From Camelus ferus (taxonomy: Eukaryota), in contig NC_045697.1 of assembly GCF_009834535.1 (NCBI RefSeq), positions 19,532,001 to 19,596,000 of the forward strand: 64,000 bases of DNA, given 5' to 3'. Of this stretch, positions 27,015 to 39,310 are shown in pieces (the first letter of the stretch is position 1; each line of letters starts with the position of its first letter). The notes under the pieces are model-generated. The model was not told the DNA's origin. It did not search any database and saw only the letters and a program-made list of their open reading frames with translations. The position numbers and the translations under genes are program-made.

Positions 27015-27310
27015 CTTTGCACTGGAAAATGTATGTATAATTTTGACACCCCTTTGAACTTAATTACTTATAGCCTACTGTTGACTGGAAGCCTCACAGA
27101 TAACATCAGCAATCGATTAACACATTTTATATGTCATGTGAATTATATACTGTATTCTAACAATACAGCAAGCTAGAGAGAAAAACATGTTACTAAGAAA
27201 ATCATAAGGAAGAGAAAAGACATCATAGTGCATATATGTATTTATTTAAAATTTTCAAGTATAATTGGACCTGTACAATACAAACGTATGTTCTTCAAGG
27301 ATCAACTTTA
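27015..27310. mobile_element. Tigger2-family (MER28/MER8-like) TcMar DNA transposon relic
   Basis: 'tagcctactgttgactggaagcctcacagataac...aagaaaatcataaggaagagaaaa'; TIR-like end 'ttcaaggatcaact'. Confidence 0.8.
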
Positions 27311-27609
27311 TTTTCTTGGGAAAAAAATGTATAGTTGAAAAGAACTATCATTCATCCCAGAGTCTATAAGAAATAGATGGCTTAAAGCTAGACTTTGAAG
27401 AAAATAATTTAGGAGAGCAGAGAAGCTTGGGTGGCACTTCAGAGAGGGTGCCAAGTGACCACTCTGCTGGCCGTGTCTCCATATCCATGAGCCTCCTCTG
27501 CACTCCTAGCCCCTCCACAGCTTCCTGCCTAAGTGCCCCAACTTCCGACTTGCAACTGCGACTGCTACTGTTAGCTGTTTCTGTTAACCCTGTCCTGTCC
27601 TGTCCTTAA

Positions 27610-27770
27610 AACTGATGGCTGTTGCCGTGCCTACCATGTTGTAGGCCCTGTGCTAGGATTCTAGATGCTTACATAGACCTTTACAATGAGTATGTGAAAA
27701 AGCATTATCTCCATTTTACAGGTGTGGACTTTGAAGTTCAGTGAGGTGAAAGGGTGCTTCCAAGATTACA
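27610..27770 (-). mobile_element. MIR fragment
   Basis: 'attatctccattttacaggtgtggactttgaagttcagtgaggtgaa'. Confidence 0.7.
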
Positions 27771-28164
27771 TATGTGTGTGTTTGTGCCTGTGTGTATTTT
27801 TTTTTTAACTATGCCATTAGAAATCATCAGAATTTTTTACTCCTCTTGCTGTTAGAAACAGACCTCTACCAGGAAGACATGAATTTATCAAGCCCAAGTC
27901 ATCTAACCTGAGTGAACTTTGTCTCATTTAACTGTTTCTGTCTTAGGTGTCAATCCATACACCTGGCTTAAAGCTTCCAGGCCTACCTGCCTAAAAGTAG
28001 GCTTGTGGTTACAGGCATATGAACTTATGTTCCTGGATTTCCCCTCCCAATTCTGTTAAAGGGGAGTAAGGATGCTGTGTCTATCTTCCTGACTAGAAGA
28101 GATGGGGTCACAACAACTGCTACACCACCACCATCATTGCTGCTACTCTGTCACTCACAGCAGC

Positions 28165-28360
28165 AAAACAAAATGCCTTGAGCTTTCTATGAGCCAGGCA
28201 CTCTGCAAGGTGCTTTATCTCACACATTTACCTTTGAAGTAAGCCTATGATCCCCATTTTATAGGTGATAAAACCAAAGTAGAGAGAAAGTAAATACATA
28301 TATTGCTTAGGGGCACACATGTTTTAAGTCCTGAGTCAGGATTCCAGTGCTCTCAGTTCC
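28165..28360 (-). mobile_element. MIR fragment
   Basis: 'tgagctttctatgagccaggcactctgcaagg...ccccattttataggtgataaaacc'. Confidence 0.75.
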
Positions 28361-28472
28361 AAGTTCTGCCTTGTCTCCTCAACCCATGGAAGCCTTCTCT
28401 AGGGTACAATCTGTACCTTCAGAAGGTACAATTTTCCCTGAAGGTGTGCGTACCATGTACTAACAAGCCAAT

Positions 28473-29047
28473 TGTTGCAGGAAAGTAGGGTGCAAGAGGA
28501 TGTTCATGTCCCAGGTCTCAGATGCACCCTGCCAAGTTAGAGTCCTTGGCTTTGCGCAGGAAAGAACTCAAGAGCGAGCCATAGTAAAGTGAAAGAAAGT
28601 TTATTTAGAGAGATACGCACTCCACAGAGAGTGCAGGCTGTCTCAGAAGGCAAGAGAGAGCAACCACACGGTGTGGGGTTGTTAGTTTTTATGGGCTCAG
28701 TAACTCCATGTGCTAACAAGTGGGAGGATGATTCCAGCTACCTTGGGGAAGGGACTGGGATTCCCAGGAATTCCCAGGCCACTTTTTGGCCTTTTACGGC
28801 CAGCCTCAGAACTGTCAGGCACCTGTGGGGGTGCCATTTAGCATGCTAATGTATTCTAGTGAGCATATAATGAAGGTTAAGGTCTACTGGGAGTCGAATC
28901 TTCCACCATCTTGGGCCTCAAGGTCTACTGGAAGTTGAATTTTCTAACATCTTGGGCTTAGTCTGGTTTTAACCAGTTTATGTCCTATCCTCAATTACTG
29001 TGTTATTCTTTTAATGGTTGAGCCCTGCCCCCTTCCCTCCTGTCTCA
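28473..29047 (-). mobile_element. ERV1 solo LTR, MER41-like
   Basis: TG...CA ends; 4-bp TSD caat/cagt; antisense poly(A) signal 'tttatt'; MER41-like block 'ggggaagggactgggattcccaggaa...aactgtcaggc...ccatcttg'; internal ~41-bp tandem duplication at ~28879-28959. Confidence 0.75.
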
Positions 29048-29954
29048 CAGTGATGGTTTCTCCACACATTTGCATCCTGTTTTCAAGCACAACAATGCAG
29101 CTACGTGCCCTCAGAAGAAAAACACAGTCATTTCGCGGAGTTCGGATGCCTGCATTTTAACCTTTGGCCTCAAGTAGATAAAATAGCTGTTTGAATTTAC
29201 TGGCAACAGCTTATAGTGGCGATTCAGAGGGAACATGGTAATATTTCTCAAGAAGATAAAAATTGGAACTTGCAAAATTTATCGAGGATATTCTTCAAAG
29301 ACTCCAGGATCCTTTTTCTGTTGTGTGTTTTTCACAGTGGTTGGCAAAACAGGGATGGTTTATCTCTAATGCTCTCATTTCAAGAAGTGCACTCTGATTT
29401 GTGAGATAGCAGATATGACTTTTCAGTCTTTTCATCCAAGGATTTTACACTGACACCCGTGAATGCCAAGAAATAGGTGAAAAAAAATATGTATATACAT
29501 TAGAACGAAGTCAAAGTTTTCTGAAAATGGAAATGGATCTATTTTAAGATTCCATAGTAAAGGCAGTCACCTTATCAAGATGCAGGGAAGAGAGCTGGAG
29601 TTGGGAAAGCAGAGGGTAAAACTTTCTAAAAGTTTCACCACGTCTGACTAAGGTTCTTATTCTCCAATGATAGTTACTAACTCAAAATTCATTCAACTCT
29701 AACTAGGCAGTTATTTTCTTTTTTTTCCCAATAGGTTCCTTCAGTTTGAACGATAGGAAGGATCATTTAGTAAAATCTCTCTGTTTATTAAAAATGTGCT
29801 TATGCTTTGATCTAGTTCCTTCTAGGATTTTACTCCACTAGCATGCATATATGTGTGTTTGAGAATTTAGGTACAAGAATATTCAGTGTAGCATGATTTG
29901 TCACAGAAAATGTTTAGAAACAGCCCAAATCTTCATCAGTTAGGGTCTAACAAG

Positions 29955-31200
29955 ATAGCTTCAACACATGGCAGGCAAAAATTGACAGAATTCAATGAGA
30001 AACTGACTAATCGATAAATATTTTTTAAAAATTTAACATACTTCCCTCAATAAAAGTTGATTGAGCAGTCAAACTTTTCAGGGTCTAGATGATTTGAATA
30101 ACAGTGAAAGCATGCTCTCATAAACATACATGGAACATCACACTCAATGTTAGTGAACACAACCTTTTCAAGCAGATAGGACCTTTCCAAAAATTGACTG
30201 TGTAACCTTGCACAAGATGTAACTAATTAAATATTGAAGAACCAGAGTCAACCAAAGACTTTCTCTAATTATGGTGTAATATCATTAGGAATCAACAACA
30301 ACAAAAAATGAAATTAAAAAATCAAACAAAAATTAATATCTAGAATATATAAAGAGCTTATACAAATAAACAACAAAATAAAATAGCCCAATACATAAAT
30401 GGAAAACGAGTATAAACATGAAATTCTCAGGAAAAAACTGAAAATCTCAATCATTGTATGAAAGAAATACTTAGCCATACTAGCAATAAGGAAAATTAAA
30501 ATTAAAATGTTAATAAGACACCATGTCACAGATTGACCAACTTCAGTCAACCTAATAAGACCAATTATTTGCAATGACGTGGGGCATTCAGAACTTGAAG
30601 TTTCTACCCTAGAAAACAACTTGCTTTTTTATGAGTTCCACGAAGAAGAGCGCTTACCATGGCACAGTAAAAACTATCCCACAGAAGGGGAATGCTATAT
30701 CTATACAATAGACGACACTTAAAAATGCTTTCAAAATGAATCAGGTATTTACATTCATTGAAAAAAAATCTAACAACGTAATACTGTGTGGAAAAGGAAA
30801 TCACAAAATGTACATGGCGTATGATACCATTTATATGAAGTTGAAAAACAAGAAGTTATTCTTAACCACACATATAGTTGGTAAAAGTTTAAACAAATAG
30901 AGGGAAATCATATATACCAATGTGGGGAAAGTAGTAATATCTGAAGAGGAAATAGGAATAATGATGACTTTTTTATAGATGTAAAGGTTTTCATTCTACC
31001 TTTCTTCCTCCACCGCCTCCCTTCTGTTCTCCCTCCCTCCTCCTTGGTCTTCCATCTTTTCCAGAAGAATTCTTAAGCAAGTGTGCTGTAATTTTGATAC
31101 TTAATTTTTTGTTGTTGATGGTGGACACACAGATTTTAGTTATATTCCTTTCCAAATTTTTCTGTCTGTTTTCAGTGTTTCATAACTAAGAGTAAAATAT
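29955..31200 (+). mobile_element. Old L1 (L1ME-like) fragments: endonuclease region, then ORF2 end and 3' UTR
   Basis: 'aaaaattgacagaattcaatgagaaactgac'; 'aattaatatctagaatatataaagagctt'; 'tatgataccatttatatgaagtt'. Confidence 0.7.
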
Positions 31201-32312
31201 TTATAAAAAATACCTGATTCTAAGGTTCTTTTTGGTTCACATTTTTCAGCCCTGAGCAGAATCCTTATTACTCATGCCCAATCACTGCTGGACTTCCTTA
31301 TCGAGACCTCTGGCCCCCATCCAGTCAAGCTGGCATACTGCTTCCAAGATATTCCTAAAAATACTGCAAAGCAGGTAGAATAAGCTGCTGTGAGTCATTG
31401 ACTTTATAGATGAAGAAAGAGAGAACTTTTGTCCAAGGCCATATAGTCAAAAAGAAGACTTCAATCACCAGGCTCCAAGCCCAGTGCTCATTTTGTTATT
31501 AACATTGCTTTAAATTGTTCCATGTCTTTTTAGCTTGAAGGATAGTTGTATTATACAATGATGCAAACATGATGAAGACCAGCAGCAGGGCAACTATATT
31601 TCACCTCTTACATCAAGCCAGATTAATTAGTAATTATAGTCTGTATTATGAGTGTCTGGTGTTCACTGGGGATCAGCAGAAATTGGGACCTGATTATACC
31701 TCAAGAGTTGGAGACATATTTTTCATGTTTCAGATTAACATCCAGGACAGTAATAACCACAGGGAGGGTCCTTACTTAGTGTTGATTCTTAACTACTGAA
31801 ATGTAAGATGTGTTTGTGTTTCCTTTTCCATGTACTCACACAGAAATGTGCACGTGACTAGCATGACTATTGTCTCTTGTCTGTTCTGTTTCAAACTTTG
31901 GACTGTGACATTTTATCCTAATGTTCATAACCATTATCCCAGTAAGAGCTCAGTCTTGCTATGTTGGGTGACTTGCCCCGTGTCCTATAGTTCAGTGGAA
32001 TCTTTTATTGATTCCACTGCGATTTCTTCAAATCCAAGTGCCTTTCTCCCCTTGAGAAGTGCTTAGATGGTCCAAATCAGGCTACAGATCTTCCGTAGGT
32101 GACTCACAGAGTCAGTGGTTTAAAGTCTTACCCCAGGCTACACCAGACACTTTAAGCAGAGTGATAGCAGTCTGCCAAGTTAAGCAATCAAACCATTTCA
32201 GTTGCATTTTTCAACCAATCGCAATTTATCTTTTCCTCCTTAATGTTTCAATAGTGTTAAACTATTAGAGTTTTCAGATCATATTTACTTCAATAATTGC
32301 TATTTTTCTTTG

Positions 32313-32450
32313 CTTTTTTTTTTTTTCCTTGAGGGGTAGGGGAAAGATAATAAGGTTTACTTTTTTTTTAATGGAAGTACTGAGGATTGAACCCAGGACC
32401 TCATGCTTAGCAGGCACAGACTCTACCACTGAGCTATTTCGTCCTCCACC
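32313..32450 (-). mobile_element. tRNA-derived SINE, camelid Vic-1-like
   Basis: Minus strand shows A box TAGCTCAGTGG, B box GGTTCAATCC, body 'gcatgaggtcctgggttcaatcctcagtacttcca' and an A-rich tail. Confidence 0.85.
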
Positions 32451-33349
32451 CCACCACACTTCTTTCAAAAGTTGTATATGGAGGAGCTTTTAAAGTCTCT
32501 GCCTCAGCCAGTCATAGGAGTGGTATGGTTTTGTCAACGAGAAGTCTACACCCCTTTCCCCTGTTAATCTCTGAGACACAAAGCGAGGCAGGTGATGAGG
32601 CTGTCCCCAGAGCCTTCCCGGGGAGGAAAGTGCCTCTTGAAATCCCCTCCTCTCAGTCAGGGATCCCTTTTTCTCCTAAATCCTCAGCATAAAATCTGAG
32701 GTGTGAAGTCTTGCTCTGCTGTCATCGCCCTCAAATCTCTCACCATCCATTTCCATTATCACTGCCGAGCACAGCTGGGTTTAATGATCTCTTGCAGCAA
32801 AATGAATGGGAATGGAGAGCCATACAGAGCGAGTCAGGAAGGAGTAGGATGTCTTTCTCCCCGCAGAAAACACCCCACTGAGGGAGAAAAAGTGGTCATT
32901 TCTTTTTCATTCTTACCGTGAAAATCAAGTTAAAAAAAACCACAGGTCCTAGATTCTATAGAAAAAGAAGAAATTGCAGTAATTCCTTATATTTAGACCA
33001 TTCTCTTGTTCAAAGTGGCTGAAAGCTTTTAACAAACTTTTTCTCAACCACAAATCCCCCAGGCTTTAATGAAGCCTTCTTGAAACACTTGTTAAGAGAT
33101 TACGTTCTTTTATTGGTTATTTCCTTATTCTCATACTCCTGAAACTTACTGGCCAGCAGACAGTAAATTTTTCACAGCGGAAACATTTCGTTTCTATTTA
33201 TTCATGAATATTGATCTCTCTGCTCCCTTGGCCTTTAGGATTCTTGCCCTATGGTTTATTTTTAAGGTTCTTCTCTAAGAACATTATGGATGCTCTCAAA
33301 GGACATCCTACTGATGTTTGTGTCAGGTGGCAAATTTGGAAAAATGGAG

Positions 33350-33480
33350 AGGAACACCCTCAATATTTACAATCCAGAGACCTAGGGCTTGAGTTCCAGT
33401 TTTGCTCTGTATTATTGACCATAAGTAAATTAATTTATCTTTTTGGACCCAAGCTTCCTGATCTGTAAAATGATGTGGTT
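33350..33480 (+). mobile_element. MIR fragment
   Basis: 'gagttccagttttgctctg...aagcttcctgatctgtaaaatga'. Confidence 0.7.
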
Positions 33481-33999
33481 ACTCCCTTGTTAATGACATT
33501 TTATGACATGACAGCGGGGAAGCCTCAATGAACGCCAGCCTCTGTCTACACCTTTCTCTCACTACACCTTTGTTCTCCTGGGAGCGCCTCTTCCTTGGGC
33601 ATCAACCCGACTTCCTCATTTGGCCTCCATCTAGAATCAGTCATCTTAAGAGTTAAACATTTCTTTTTAAACAAGTCATCTGTTTTTCCCACGACAGATT
33701 GGATAAAATAGTAAAATAGTACTTTTCTCAGTGAATTGAATAGAAACGATTTAATTTGACTCTTTGTGTTCCTGCTGACTAGCATTTCCATTCCTTACCT
33801 CCTTTGGGAAGGAGGATGATTTAGCTTTGCCGTATGGTGCTCACACTGTTTCACCTCTGATTATTCCTGCAAAGGTGCAATGGAACTCGTGTTCCGTATC
33901 TATGTTCTGAGATACTTATACAGCCTGAAGCTATGAATGAAGACTTCCTTATTGTCTTTAGGGTATAGCTATTCAAAGCAGCTAAGTAAAAGAATGAAG

Positions 34000-34427
34000 G
34001 TTTATACACATTACTGTATATAAAATAGATAAAAATCAAGGACCTACTGTATAGCACAGGGAACTATATTCAATTTCTTGCAATGAGCTGTAATGGGAAA
34101 GAATCTGAAAATATATATATATGTATGTATTTGTGTAACTGAATAGCTTTGCTGTACACACGAAACTAACATTGTAAATTGACTACATTTCAATAAAAAA
34201 TAAGAATTTTTAAAAAAGCAATGGTATAAAACAATAGGTATATAATTATATTGTTGGGCCTATAAAATATAGAAATGTAATACATTTGTTATTATTAGCA
34301 CAAAAGATATGAAAGGGAACAAAGCTGTTTTAGAATAAAGAAATAACACTAGAAGATAATTTGAACCTATGGAAACAAATAAGAATCAGGAATTGTAAAT
34401 AAGAAAATTTATATTAAAATTATTTTA
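34000..34427 (+). mobile_element. Young L1 3' end (34000-~34205) with ~220 bp 3'-transduced sequence
   Basis: 'caaggacctactgtatagcacagggaactatattcaa...caataaaaaa'; perfect 12-bp TSD aaaagaatgaag at 33988-33999 and 34428-34439. Confidence 0.82.
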
Positions 34428-35210
34428 AAAAGAATGAAGATTTAAACATAGTTTTACATTTGCTTTGTTTTTGTGGGTCATATTTTTCCTATAAGTCTCT
34501 CTCATACTTTTAAATCAGCTATGCTCTTTGTGGAAGCCCACTGATTTCATATAATTTTATAAATTATGTTCTTGTTGGCTTTTTCATTCCTGTTTGTCTC
34601 TCTCTTCTCTCTTGCCCTGCCCTGAAGTGGGGGTTGAAGCCTGGGGAGAAAAGAACAGATATGCCCCGATCGATGTTATTGGTGACTTGGCAATCTGATA
34701 AAGGGACTTCGGGGCCCGGCAGGTATGGAACAATGACCCTGTGTGGGTGCTGCCTGAAGCATTTAGAGGCTTGCTTCCTGGGCCTTCGGATGTGGACCGT
34801 GTGTTTTCCTCTGGGTGCTTACTGTCTCTGGAAGTCCAGTTCACGCAGACCCCTCTCTGCTGGAGTCCCCTGCCCTCCAAGCAGTCCTCCTGAAGGCAAG
34901 ACATCGAGCTGGACACGGGCTCTCCTTGTGATCTGACCCACATTTGGTCCATGGCAAGTGCTCACACATCTTCTTCCTTAAAACTCAGGGCGTGCAGAAC
35001 TACACATCACTTCTCCTTCAGTCAGCAGCCAGCTGGGCCATCCCACTCACCTTCTCTATTTTCTACAAGAGGATCAGACATGTCCACTCTGCTGTCTATA
35101 GTCAACGTTACATATACTCAATTCCATGAATGGTCCCACTGAATCCTTTCAATTTTAGGAGAGGATGGAGGTTGAGTTCCCTACTCCTTCCTCGGGTACA
35201 GAAGGTACAG

Positions 35211-35211
<1 letters not shown>

Positions 35212-35265
<54 letters not shown>
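35212..35265 (+). repeat. (TG)27 microsatellite
   Basis: Direct reading. Confidence 0.97.
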
Positions 35266-35266
<1 letters not shown>

Positions 35267-35719
35267 CAGAGAGAGAAAGAGGTGATGGTGGGGGAGAGAG
35301 AGAGAGCTCCTCTGAGCAAGAGACTCAGCCTTCCATAACCCTCTTCATAAATTCCTTCTATGCCTCTTTATATTCTTAATATGATGGAGCCAAGATACCT
35401 GCAGCCAGTTCTCAAACAGCGGCTTCGACGATTTCTGCAGGAGGAGCTGCCTGACGCCATGCTGTCAGAGACAGCTGCTGTCTGCTGTATTTCTGCCTCT
35501 CAGCAGAAACTTTGAATTTAATGTGATATTAAAAATGTGTTCATAAATTTGACAAGAAATTTTAAAATGCACATCTCTCCTCACAGTCAATCTTTTAAGA
35601 AGATAACACGTTCTCCAATTACTTACTCTTTTCAACAACTGTTTCCTAAATAATACCAGATCCCCATAAGATAGAATAAAAAATTCTCCCATTTATTAAT
35701 ATTTTCTTACAACGCACTA

Positions 35720-36230
35720 GAATTCATTCTACAAATATCCCTTGAGCACCTACTCTGTCACTCTTTGTGTGCTCCTGTTCAAAGGTGAATAAATCAGAGC
35801 CCTTTTTCTCAGAGAGTTGGCAAACTAATGGGGAAAACATGTAATTACAATACTCTGCATGAAGTGCTGTGTTGGTTCATAGATAAAAGCACTAAGGTAC
35901 ATAGAGGAGCACCCAGCCCCATCTGTGGGATGTCATGGGAGGCATCCTGGAAGAAATGGTGGAAAGAATGAGCTTCAAGGTTGAGTAGCATATGGCCAAG
36001 AGAACAGAAATTAGGAAGGTTCCTGGCAAAGGGAAGAAGATATGCAAGGGTCCCAAGGGGTTAGAAGACCAATTCATGAACTCAGACTGGCAGAATCACT
36101 ACAATTAGAGGATATGATTTTTAAAAAAGTGATAAGAGAGATGATCTAGGACTAATCACAATGGACCTTTTAAAAATAACATTAAAGAATTTGAATTTTA
36201 CTTATTAGGAAATCAGGAACATCACATTAG
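35720..36230 (-). mobile_element. L2 3' region
   Basis: 'caaatatcccttgagcacctactctg...ggaggcatcctggaagaa...gttcctggcaaagggaaga'. Confidence 0.7.
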
Positions 36231-37599
36231 GTGTTGGGAACATAAAGCTAAATAAAGCAGAGGTCCGTAACTATCAAAGACTCAGAGTATAGTGGTTATC
36301 TTCATTTGCATACATGCTTTGTAGTTTATAATATTTTTGTATATTTTCTTACTCAGCTATTACAATAAAACTATGATAAAGGTGTTATTCTCTTATAGTG
36401 ATGAGTAAAATGGGCTTACTGGTGTTAAAAGAATTGCTCAGTCATACAATAGTTGTGGTAGAGCTAAATTTTGAACTTACATCTTTTAAACTCAATTTTC
36501 TTTTATTTTTGTTGTGTTTGTGTTTATGGATATTTGAAAAACTCTAGATAATTTCATGTTTTAACCAATGATTGTTTATACATAAACACCAATAGAAGTA
36601 CAATTCTGAGAAGACTTTATTAAAAGTGAGCTGTCTGTTCTTGACTAATGCATTTTATTCCCTTCCTTTCTAGCTATATGAAGAGTTTTACTTCTACTAA
36701 AATATCTCTCCACAAGGAAGTCCGTGAAGTTTCCTAGGTTACTCTAGTTCCCTATTTACTGCCTAAGATCTACTTTAATTCATAACTACCCATTTAATCT
36801 GGGGAGCAAGTAATCCTATGTGATAAATAGATCAATGTATAAATAGATATATAGATACACTCTCAGACTACTTAATAAACTCCTCAAGATCAGCAAGCTC
36901 AGTTTCCTGTTCCTTTGTAAACTTTAAATAATTTTTGTTATTAGAAAGGAAAAAGAAAACAAAATGAAATCAAAGGCTAATACCATCTAAAATGATACTT
37001 CAGACCTAGAAGCTGAGGGAGAGTAGATTCTAGATAAAGACACTTACTAAGTTTTCTGGGTAAAGAGAGAAATAATGACTTTGACTTTTACCTTGAAGGT
37101 GTGGTGTCTTTCTAGTATGTGTTAACATCTGTTATCTTCTCATAACCATATCAATTTCTTTCTGAGAAGTAAGGATTGATTCTTCCTATTTTGCTGCAGT
37201 GATTTACTGGTCCCCAAAGCTGGCTACTGCACTATAAGCTCAGACAGAGTTATGGTGGGACAAGATTAATAGCAAAGACCAAGCCAAAGGGCATCATGTA
37301 TGGGTTGATTTGAGGTAAACACAGAACCACTGGAGAGTGAAACTGCAGAAATGTCACCCTTCTGGTTTTATCCAAGGTTGCTATCTAACTTGGTTTCCTT
37401 TTTTTTTTTTTTTTGGCAAAAAGGAGACTCTATCAGAAAAACAGAGACGCATATGGTTTCATGGAAAACTAGAAACAGACTTGGAGGCCCAGAGACCTTC
37501 CCTCTCCATCACCCTGATTTGTTTCCAACAAATCCATGACAAATGAAGAGTTGATTGATAGTAATCATGATGTTCATACTATCTAATTTCTTTACATTT

Positions 37600-37912
37600 A
37601 AAAAGTTAGACATGATTTTTTGGAGGAGCAGTTTTAGGTTCACAGCAGAAGTGAGGGGAAGGTACACAGATTTCCCAAACATGCATAGCCTCCCTCATTA
37701 TCAACCTCCCCCATCAGAGTGAGCTATTTGTTACAACTGATGAATTTACATTGACACATCATAATCACCCCCAATCCATAATTTACATCACAGGTCACTC
37801 TTGGTGGTGTACATTCTATGGGTTTGGACAAATGTGTAATGACACGTATCCATCATTTTAGTGTCATACAAAGTACTTTCACTGCCCTAAAAGTCCTCCG
37901 AGCTCCACCTGT
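37600..37912 (-). mobile_element. L1MC/L1MD-like 3' end
   Basis: 'gcagttttaggttcacagcagaagtgag...cattctatgggtttggacaaatgtgtaatgaca...ttcactgccctaaaa'. Confidence 0.85.
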
Positions 37913-39069
37913 CTGGTTATCCTCACTTGAAAGTGGAGGAACCGATACCAACATGGGGAGTCTGTCTCGACAGCCTAAAATCCTCAACTCAGCACCCTAG
38001 GGTTGTTCTCAGATCCAGTTTTAAAAGTTTCAGGAAAATTCCCTGAAGGTCTCTTTTGACATATTTGCCTATTTCTTGGTGAATAATTTGCATCCAGAGT
38101 CAAATAAAAACATGAATGTTTCTGTTGGAAACCTGTAGTGGGAATGTAGAAAAAGCATCTTGCAGGCACAATGTGGAGGAATGCTGGGCAGACAGAGCAG
38201 TGGAGGCCACTACACTCCCTGCATTTTCATGGAAGGGTTGTCTGACCTCTGCTTACACGCTTTAATAATGGGAAAACCATTACCTCCAGGTATAAACGTT
38301 CGGTGTATTCGTTCTGAAAATTTCCCTTTGTGCTTTATATCAAACAGAAGATGCTGTTTCATTAACTGAAATACATATTGAGCTTAGAATCCTTTGCTTT
38401 CTCAAGATCTTAAAAAATGGCAAATCAAACTCAAAGACCAGCAGGATTGCAGTCTTGGGAGATCCCTTATGGTGCATTTGTTGCCAGAGGAACTGAAAAT
38501 GAAAAAAAAACAACAGTGTAGTGTTTCCAAGCACTCAAACTCCAAAGAATTTTGTTTGTGAGTGCTTTGTTTTATCATTTTTTTTCTAAATAGAGGCTCA
38601 AGTTCAAGTAACTAAGCTACCTTGCTTTAAACAAATAAAAGAAGAAAATAGAACTGATTTGATTCTTCATGAATGCTAGGTAGCATATTGTTAATGCATT
38701 GAAAGGGCTCTGAGGACCGTTCTGTCAAGGAAATTGGTGTCATTTCCCACTCTAGGTGTGGGGCAGGGGGTATGGGAAGAATGTGCGTGGGTTAACAGCC
38801 ACCAACAAACAATGAGTAGAGAGACGGGTGTGATGGAGGGACATCTTGGTCTTGCCCTTCTCAACATGCCTGTGGTCTTGATTCCTTGATATTTCATCAA
38901 AAGCAGAATGCTTCTCTATTTCTTTATACACAGTTAAGAATAAGTAAAATGGGAACGGGAGATTTTTCAGCTGTAGTCTTACAAAAGCACTTAGACCAAG
39001 GTTGGAAGATCAGGATTTAAGCCCTGGTTTTGATAGTTTACAAGGTGGCTTTCTCTCTCTTTATTAAGT

Positions 39070-39310
39070 GATTATGATATGGTAGACATTGCTCCAAGTA
39101 CACTTATGGAATTATATAATTACTTACATATAATAATAAATTTAATCCATCCTCAAAACAACCTTTGATCATACTGTTATTATTTTTCTCTAGTTTAGAG
39201 ACAAGGAAATAGACACAGGTAAGTAATTGCCAAAATCACAAATCTAGTAAGTAGTAGAGCTGGCGTTCATACTCCCCTAGTGTAACTCTGGTCCCCAACA
39301 CTCAGCTCTA
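39070..39310 (-). mobile_element. MIR
   Basis: 'cctcaaaacaaccttt...aggtaagtaattgccaaaatcacaaatctagtaagtagtagagctgg'. Confidence 0.75.

Noticed and set aside
29714..29756. Strong acceptor (ttttctttttttcccaatag) followed by FLQFER-stop as a terminal exon
   Set aside because: Too short to assess; no upstream exons or supporting features identified.
32380..32450. tRNA gene
   Set aside because: A and B boxes belong to a SINE head followed by SINE body and A-tail; no complete cloverleaf.
34584..35142. Cluster of overlapping ORFs in a GC-richer patch
   Set aside because: No recognisable protein; higher GC lowers stop frequency. The patch may be an old LTR, but I cannot name the family.
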